DNA of 64,000 nt from Octopus vulgaris (taxonomy: Eukaryota): positions 17,112,001-17,176,000 of the forward strand of contig OX597835.1 in assembly GCA_951406725.2 (NCBI GenBank), read 5' to 3'. A program made the translations under genes and the position numbers. Position 1 is the stretch's first letter. The number at the start of each line of letters is the position of its first letter. The notes under the pieces were generated by a model. It was not told where the DNA came from and did no database searches. It was given only the letters and a program-made list of their open reading frames with translations. Positions 55,041-64,000 of the stretch are shown piece after piece.

Positions 55041-55194
55041 ACAAGTCTAAATACACCCTTATATACCCTGCAAACAATTATCGGTTTCATTGTCGTTGTG
55101 TAACTCCGAGTAGGTCCTAACTGACCCAGCTAACATATGATCAAATGTGCTGGTGTTAATGATGGCGACTGGTCCTTTCGGTGATGTGTGTATG

Positions 55195-55415
55195 TCTGTG
55201 TTTGTCCCCCTAGCATTGCTTGACAACCGATGCTGGTGTGTTTACGTCCCCGTCATTTAGCGGTTCGGCAAAAGAGACCGATAGAATAAGTACTGGGCTT
55301 AAAAAGAATAAGTCCCGGGGTCGATTTGCTCGACTGAAGGCGGTGCTCCAGCATGGCCGCAGTCAAATGACTAAAACAAGTAAAAGAATAAAAGAATAAA
55401 AGAATAAAAGAAAGA
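55195..55415 (+). mobile_element. SINE family A 3' half
   Basis: Tail closely matches 46075-46270. Confidence 0.88.
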
Positions 55416-55829
55416 ATATATATATATACATATATATATGTATATATATGTTGATGGTGATGATGTTACTAACGAAGGTGATGTTGATTATATTGATGAT
55501 GAAGGTCGGTGATACTATTGCCATTGTTATTGATGCTGTTAAACACCAATTTTAGCCCCGACCAAGGAGACAGGATTAATGGTGTTGATGATGGTTAGTG
55601 GTACTGTTGGTGATGATGGTGGTTGTGTTGTTGATCATGAGGATATGGATTATAGTGATTATACGGATCGGTGATGGTTTTGTTATTGTTCCAATTGTTG
55701 CTATGGTTGTTATTTAACTCTAGGTCATCTATTCGAGTAGATCAATTATCAAAGCTATTCCATCATCCTTTACGTTTTCCTGTATGCCTAGGACCTAAGA
55801 CTGTCTGATGTACTCAACATTTCCTTAAT

Positions 55830-55932
55830 TATAGATGTTTTCGATCTACTTTGGATTCTTTGCCGTCAAATTTGAATTCTTTGCCATCAAATTTGATGGC
55901 AAAGAATCCAAACTAGATGGAAAGCATCTATA
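55830..55932. repeat. Palindrome with an internal ~21-bp tandem duplication
   Basis: ATTCTTTGCC(G/A)TCAAATTTGA occurs twice; centre TCAAATTTGA; outer arms TATAGATG..GATCTA / TAGATG..CATCTATA. Confidence 0.8.
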
Positions 55933-56871
55933 TAAAGCATGGAAAGCATCTATGTAACGTACATCCTGTACTTCGGTTCAAATCAACTCATGGTCGTTTT
56001 GTCGATATGCGAGCCGAACACGTTAACTCAGCCCTTCATTTTGTTTGCGACATTTACGTCTGATCTGAGTTAAATTTGGCTGTTGCCTCTAGCACGGCGA
56101 GTGACCGTCCTCTTTGAGATGATGATATGTAAATAGAAGTTGGAAGGAAGTATTAAAGACAGACATTACTGAATATCATCGACGTTAGGAAGGACAGTGA
56201 TATTAAGCTTGAAGAGAAACAAAAATAAAAACAAAAAACAGCAACAAGCAAAAAAAAAAAAATACGAAGATTACATGATTGAATTATGAAAAAAAGAGAG
56301 AAGAATATTGAAGAACATTGGAATAATTCCCCATTTAGCAATGTTCAAAGAGGCATTTTATCTGCGGAGAGCATGATGGCAAGATTTTGGCGTGGAATCA
56401 GTGAGCGTGAAGTTGTGTGTAGAAGCTGAGGAATTCGAGATAACAGCAATTTAGAAGTGAAGAGTCTATAATAAATTTTACGGTGTCTATTGTTGTTGTC
56501 TTATATATTGTCTCTTAAGAAATTAAGTTTTACTTTTACGTATAGTTGGTGTAGACGTTCGACGCCTCCCACTTGCAAACTTTTTCTTCATAATCTGTTT
56601 TTTTTCTTTTTTTAATATTCTGTCAAAAGGTAAAAAAAAAAAAACAGAGAAAGAAACAAACGGAAACAAAAATAAAAACGCAAAATAAATGCGAAAACAA
56701 ATTAAAAAAAAAACACTAGCAGAACTAAATAAAAAAAGTTGAGTTGTAACTGGATTTCCGGATGGACGTTATAGAAAAGATACTTGGGAACAGGAGTAAA
56801 TGTTGAAAAAGAGTATCGTGGCCGTGAACCGATGAGGGTAGTGACTGAACACACAGGGATTGTAGGATGAT

Positions 56872-57168
56872 TAGTGGTTGGGTATACCGATCACGATCGG
56901 AAGGTCACGAGTTCCATTCCGGGTGGCGCGTTTTGTCCTTGAGCAAGACACTTTATTTCACGTTACTCCAGTCCATTCATGTGGCAAAAATGAGTAGCAC
57001 CCGTAATTCAAAGGGCCAGCCTTGTCACACCCCGTTGTCGCACTGATTCTGCCTTAAGGGTACACGTGTCTGTGGCGCGCTCAGTCACGTGAACGTTAAG
57101 TTCACGAGCAATCTGTTCCGTTGATCGGATCAACTGGATTTCTCGTCGTTTTAACCGACGGAATGCCA
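56872..57168 (+). mobile_element. SINE family D
   Basis: GTCCTTGAGCAAGACACTTTATTTCACG, tail AAGGGTACACGTGTCTGTGG..AACCGACGG; GGATTGTAG on both flanks. Confidence 0.85.
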
Positions 57169-58115
57169 GCAGGATTGTAGATGTTACTCCTGGAAACCTC
57201 CGGGGAATACGTTGCTCTTGTAGAAAAGTGGACGGTGCTGTTTTGTTCATGTCAAAACACAGACTTCTTGATGACACTGATGCCCTTTACTTTTTCCATT
57301 ATGCGCACGCACGAGCGCACACAAACACACACAAACAGACATACATACAAGCACACAACAAATTCACAGACACACAAACGCACAAACACACATACACACA
57401 GACACGTACACACAAACACACATATACACAGACATACAAGCACACATACACAGACACAGACACACAGACACACGGACACAGACACACATACACACAAACA
57501 CACAAACAGACACACAATCACAAAAACACACATACACACACCCACACAAACACACATACACACAAGCACAAGAACACACAGACACACAAACACACAAACT
57601 CGCAAACACACGTAAACACACACACATATACACACATATACACAAACACACGTACACACATACAGACAGACACACAAACACACAAAACACGCATACACAC
57701 AAACACATAAACACACATACAGACACACATAATACATACACACAAACACACAAACACACATATACACAAACACACACACAGTCACAGAAACACACTGACA
57801 CACAGACACACAAACGCACATACACACAGACGCACAAGCACATATGTTACTATCGCAAAAAACCGTCTACAATGTTGCACAGTCTTGCTAGTTACAAACC
57901 GGTCCCATTATCGCTGGTAGCACGGAATCTAGTGCTCTCTGTAATGTAAGTTGGCGTTAAGATGGCCATCTAGTCGAAGGCATTATGCATAAAATGAGAT
58001 AGACATTGGAGCAAAATATCGACCACCAAACAGTGGCCCCTACACACAAATACACTCACACAAATACACACACGCATATACACATATACACACACACATA
58101 TACATTCACACACAT

Positions 58116-58499
58116 GTGGAAGCACTCCGTCGGTTACGACGACGAGGGTTCCGGTTGATCCGAATCAACGGAACAGCCTGCTCGTGAAATTAACGTGTAA
58201 GTGGCTGAGCACTCCACAGACACGTGTACCCTTAACGTAGTTCTCGGGGATATTCAGCGTGACACAGAGAGTGACAAGGCCGGCCCTTTGAAGTAGAGGT
58301 ACAACAGAAACAGGAAGTAAGAGTGAGAGAAAGTTGTGGTGAAAGAGTACAGCAGGGATCACCACCATCCCCTGCCGGAGCCTCGTGGAGCTTTTAGGTG
58401 TTTTCGCTCAATAAACACTCACAACGCCCGGTCTGGGAATCGAAACCGCGATCCTACGACCGCGAGTCCGCTGCCCTAACCACTGGGCCATTGCGCCTC
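58116..58499 (-). mobile_element. SINE family C, full length, in a (CA)-rich tract
   Basis: Near-identical to 7721-8104; flanked by ACACACAT. Confidence 0.92.
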
Positions 58500-59187
58500 A
58501 CACACATACATGGGTAATAAACTGCAAAAGTACTAAATAAACAGCGGGGGATTTATAAATAATTTCATTCAGTCAGAGGAAGCTATTCTGACTGAATCTA
58601 TGAGTTTCCATTAGCTGGAGGTTCACAAGACCTTGTCCACAGAAGCTTCCAAATCGGTTAGCAGAAAGAGAGGAAAATTGTTTCATCGTCAGGTCAGTGG
58701 CCTTATTCTAATGCTTGCATCAAAGTCGTCTCTCTTAAAAAACAGCCCAACACCATGTGGTGCTTGCTGTTAAACCAGACAACTGAATCAGCTTATTAGA
58801 TCTTACCAAATATTGTTTATCCCACAGGCGTTCACACATTTTCTGTCTGTTTAATTTACTTCGGTAAGGGTTATTAAACCCGAAATTTTGGTGGAAGTAA
58901 TACTCCTATGGCGTTTCAAAGTCACGGACAATATGGTTACAAAAGAAAACTGCCGCGAACTCTTAAGTAAATCGTGATGTAACGAACCACTGGTACGTGC
59001 GTTCAAATCGCCTGCAGGAGTTTTATCGATACACGAACACAGCATGTTACCTAACCAGTTATAAATCCACGAATGAAATTGATAAAATCTCGGAATATAT
59101 ACCAGATCAATCTAGTTCAGCCTCAGACCCAGTGGTTTGCACACATTGATTAGGGTCAGTCTGCGTTAGCAATAAATGCAGTTTAAC

Positions 59188-59382
59188 CAACAATGTGCAA
59201 CAACATGAAAAGATGTGCAATGATGCGGAACAGCGAACAACATTGCGCATTACTGTGCAATAACACGGAAAGTTATATTCAGGTGTGCATCATTATGCTC
59301 CAATACGATGTAATGTGAGCCATTATACAACGCTGTGCATCATTATACATCGTCATGCAACAATGTGCAATAATGTATAACA
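59188..59382. repeat. Degenerate ~11-bp minisatellite (AATGTGCAACA-like)
   Basis: Recurrent TGTGCA/TGCAAC motifs spaced at about 11 and 22 bp. Confidence 0.55.
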
Positions 59383-59832
59383 GTCTTGTTCACTGTTAAA
59401 CAAATTGCACGAACACACGCGAGCAGTATCCGTTATCGACAACTAGCTTCGGTTGTCAGCAGAGAAGCAAACCCAACGTAGTTATTTGCGGCAGCAGTAA
59501 GACCTCATTCCTTTATCTTTTAATTAAAATAATTAACTTTGCAGCCAAAATGTAGAAAGCCGGTTTAATCATGGAAGCTAAAAATGGTAAAATTCACTCT
59601 AAGTATAATCCAGGAGACTAGAATTAAATCAGATTCACAATTATGTTTATAACCCCGCAAAACAGCATTTCGGTATGTATGTATGTATGTATGTATGTAT
59701 GTATGTATGTATGTATGTATGTATGAATGTATGACTGTGTTTGCTTCTGCCTATGCTTTGGTTGTAGCGTGTATGTACGTGCACTTACTTGTGCATGTGC
59801 GTCTGTACGCCTTTATGCATGTCTGCATGTAT

Positions 59833-59867
<35 letters not shown>

Positions 59868-60000
59868 CATATATATATATATGTATATATTTATGTATAT
59901 ATTTATATATATATATATATATATACATACATACATATATATATATATGTATATATTTATGTATATATTTATATATATATATATATATACATACATACAT

Positions 60001-60064
<64 letters not shown>

Positions 60065-60119
60065 TTGCATATAAGGGTATGCATGCATCTGTGTGTAGAT
60101 GTATGTATATACATATATA

Positions 60120-60159
<40 letters not shown>

Positions 60160-60381
60160 CTCACACACATATACACACACACGCGCGCGCATACACACCC
60201 ACAGACGTCCAGATATATATATATTTGTGTAAATAGATTTTGTTGAATCTAGAAACAGAACTCAAATATTACAATATATACTTTTAAAATTATTTTTGGT
60301 CGTCAGAAAGTTACAAAAGTATATGCACACATACGTATGTATCTGTGAGCGTGTATGCATCTCTCTCTCTCTCTGTCCATA

Positions 60382-60426
<45 letters not shown>

Positions 60427-60712
60427 GTCTATCTATCTATCTGTCTATCTATCTATATACGGCCTTGAAATTACCAGTAAGGCGAATATGAAGTAGTACT
60501 CAATACGGAAAATAGAGTGGAATTGTTTACTGTAATGCTGGGCTTTGTTCCTTTTATTATTCTTTGTATATTCAGAATTTCTTACAGGAGTACAAATTTG
60601 CTAAACACACACGCACACACGTGTATACACACATACGCCCGCTCATCTCACATACGCCCGCTCATCACACATACGCCCGCAAATATAGATGTGTGTGAGC
60701 ATATGTATGTAC

Positions 60713-60743
<31 letters not shown>

Positions 60744-60792
60744 TGTATGTATGTATGTATGTATGTATGTATTATGTGTGTATGTATGTATT

Positions 60793-60990
60793 TGGGAGAG
60801 TTTATGAAAAAAACAAAAGACGAAGACAGGTGGTGTGCGAAACAAACAGGTGTATTAGTATAACGCTTAGGAACATAAAAAGTCTTTTACATTTCGAGTC
60901 TACGCTCTTCTACAGAAAGAGACACAGAAAAAACGAGAGAAACAAGGAGAGAAAAAAATGTGTGTAGTGGCTAATGATCTATTATGGCGA
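60793..60990 (-). mobile_element. Family H element
   Basis: Reverse complement TCTTT-CTGTAGA-A-GAGCGTAGACTC-GAAA-TGTA-AAAGA. Confidence 0.75.
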
Positions 60991-61011
60991 CTATGTATGT
61001 ATGTATGTATG

Positions 61012-61042
<31 letters not shown>

Positions 61043-62000
61043 GTGTGTGTGTGTGTGTGTCTGTGTTTATGTATATATATGTCCCTCACGTGACAGAATA
61101 TCCACTGAAGCAGGTTATGTAATGCAGTAAACAATGGACTCAAAGCGTTACTTCATGCACAGATACAAGTGTGTATGTCATTGTATATATCTGTTTGTTT
61201 GTGTGTGTGTCTCTGTGTGCATGTGTGTGTGTTTTGTGCGTGTGTGTCTGTATATTACTACGTGTTGCTGTGTAGAGTGTAAATTCAAGGGGGAGAGACA
61301 GAGATAGAGAGGGAACGTGAAAGAGAGAGAAAAAGAGGCAATGAGGAAAGAAAGGTGGGAGGAAAACGAGAGAATGAGAAGAGAGGAAGAACAAGAAGGA
61401 GAAAGAGAGAGAGAGAGATATAGAGAGAGGAGCGTATGTGAGAGCGTGGTGGGAGTTAAATCTAACGCTATTAGTTATAAAGCTGTCTAGCTGTTGGTTT
61501 CATTGCACAAGGAATCTCCCTGGCCATGTCTTAATTCTTTAATGACTTGATTGTCCATACAATGTAGTGATCAATCAATGAAAACGAAACGAAATTCCTA
61601 AACTGTTCCGTTCCGCTATTTAGCTACAACATCTTTTGTGTGTTTCTGTCTGGCGCCGATCTATCCAGACAGAACTCGAACTGTATGGATACTACAAGTG
61701 TTATTGGCATTGTCCGCAAGTATCAAAGAAATTCTTTCGATGTTGTAACAATTAGAGCGCCGATAATTCAATATCGAGCAATAATGGAGGCAAAATAATG
61801 CTTACTAGGCTGTCGGCTGCTTAAAGAAGAAGTAGGCAGCCATGTTAATTTGTATGTATGTGCTATCGAAGTTATTTATATAACAAGACATATGTTGAGA
61901 AGGATGACGGCAGCAATGGAGGTTTATATTACGTGTACCAGAATTGCATTTGGATTAAGTATTATTTTCAGAATGTTCCTGGACTGACGTACAGTGCATT

Positions 62001-62099
<99 letters not shown>

Positions 62100-62264
62100 A
62101 TGTGTCTATGTTTGTGTGTGTGTATGTGTGCGTGTGTGTCTGTATGTATGTATATGTGTATTATACATATCTGCTATCTATCTGCATGTCTGTCCGTCCG
62201 TCCGTCTGACTGCATGTGTGTCTATCTAGCTATTCCTTTATCTCCCCCTCCCTCTCTCTATATT

Positions 62265-62311
<47 letters not shown>

Positions 62312-62427
62312 GCTATCTATATGTATCACTGTGTCTATCAATGAATCACTCTTTTTCTTTTTAACTATCTCTCTGTCTATCTACCTCTCTCAGATTTAAG
62401 GCTATATCATATATGTATACATGAACT

Positions 62428-62472
62428 CCAAGATTCCGAGTTCGATTTCAGGCAGTGGCCTTAATAATAATG

Positions 62473-62516
<44 letters not shown>

Positions 62517-62715
62517 TATAATAATAAAAACATCGAAAAATACATTAGAAATGAGAACCCAAGTTCGAAATTTCCCCAAGAGACCCGATGAAGGCTGGAG
62601 GGTATGTCAGTCGAAACGTTGTATTAACAACAAACAAAATTAGGACAAATATCCGTCAAATGTAAATAATGTAAATAATGTACAAAATTCCCCATCTCTT
62701 AAATATAGAACTGTA
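62428..62715 (+). mobile_element. SINE family G, second copy (A box lost), hammerhead motif at 62580-62625
   Basis: GAGTTCGATTTCAGGCAGTG-(TAA)n-...GAC-CCGATGA-A-GGCTGG-AGGGTATG-TCAGTC-GAAA-CGTT-GTATT. Confidence 0.8.
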
Positions 62716-63098
62716 TTAGAAATATCATTTGGCTCAAATTCATTCTTCATTCTAAACTGCAGCAAAGATTGTAGCAAACTATATCCTAGTTTTAATTTCG
62801 AACAAGCCAACCATAAATATCGTAAATTATTCATTAGGAAAAACTTAAAAGATAGCAACAATCGCTCGAAAAATATATATGTAAATAATCTCGAAACCAA
62901 TGATCAGGAAAGAAATATTTCTTATCCTTAGCTATTAAGAAGTATATGCGTAAAACGAAACTATTCGTTAAGGCAAACGTCCTGTAGGGAAGAAAGCTGT
63001 CACAAAATACAACTGACCTAAGCGGAACGTTGAAAAATAGATTCGCACAACATATATACTCTTTCCGCACAGTAAAGTGGAGGAGACTATTTCGAGGC

Positions 63099-63108
63099 CC
63101 ATATATGG
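63099..63108. promoter_or_regulatory. Perfect CArG box (SRF-type) in a repeat-free island
   Basis: CCATATATGG = CC(A/T)6GG; motif match only. Confidence 0.3.
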
Positions 63109-64000
63109 AACTAATGGAGGTAATTATAAGTGCAAATATTAACTAGGCAATAAATGTACAGTGTCGTTGACCTGTACGCTGCGGAAAAACCATGACATAA
63201 TTACTCTCCCCGTCGCCAAACAAAACAAATTGTGGCATCACAGATGAAACAAAGTAATCACCATCGCAGACACGAATATTTAAATAAATAACTGATCTAT
63301 GTGAAAAAAGCGTAGGTATCTGATGACTCCATAGAAAATTGTAAAACGGGAACAGCAATGACAACTCGAAGACAAAATGGTTCTAGGCTGCAGAAGAGGA
63401 ATGAAAACAAAAAAACGAATATATTTCCTAGAGAGGAATAGAAATTTAGAGATACCAGTTACAGAAGACAAAAGAGAACATGACAAAAGAATTAAGGACA
63501 AGTGACTCCACTCATGTTTCTCCCGTAGAGTCAGGAAAGGAATCAATACAAGAAGAGTTTATCGAAATGGAATATAATAAAGTAATCGACCGACTGAAAC
63601 AAAACAAGCAAAATAACAAGAAAAAAAATGGTCAATGAATAGCGAGGAAAGTTTAAAACGCGCCACCTACAACGAATAAACCAATGAAAATGAAAGGCTG
63701 TTTAAAGGAACCGGACGTAACAACGAAATTTACTAAAAAAAGTACAAAATCAACACGGTATGTGTGAGTATGTGTGTGAGTGTGTGTGCACGCGTGTCTA
63801 TGTGTGTATGTGCATACATACATACATACATATATATATATATAAAATATATATATATATATATATCATATAATTATATAAGAACACAAGAATATAATTA
63901 CTTATATATATATATTTATATATATATATATGTATATATATATGTATATATATATATATATATATCTGCTAAATGCCTAAATAAAGGTGTAAACATACAT

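Noticed and set aside
56377-56400. miR-31-like TGGCAAGAT..GGC
   Set aside because: Seed match only; no precursor hairpin.

Overview
AT-rich eukaryotic intergenic or intronic DNA, dominated by microsatellites ((TA)n, (TATG)n, (TATC)n, (TAA)n, (CAC)n, (GA)n) and mobile-element debris. The repeat content is most consistent with an octopus/coleoid cephalopod genome (inference from SINE families and SSR density). No intact host protein-coding gene is supported, and almost all listed ORFs are microsatellite artefacts. Supported content: (i) several tRNA-headed SINE families that swap head and tail modules, some with clear target-site duplications (TSDs); (ii) R4/Dong-type non-LTR retrotransposon fragments (YMDD RT, restriction-like endonuclease 3' ends) in or next to (TAA)n tracts, plus a non-coding element with the same TAA preference; (iii) RTE-like 3' ends with two C2H2 fingers, a mariner right end and a hAT MITE; (iv) short Penelope-like elements carrying minimal type I hammerhead-ribozyme folds and/or fold-back heads. 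Best leads: a tRNA-headed SINE whose tail carries a minimal hammerhead, a dispersed hammerhead family with a fixed non-canonical core position 6, and a fold-back element that captured an inverted 298-bp copy of nearby DNA. All family names rest on motif recognition by eye, not database searches.
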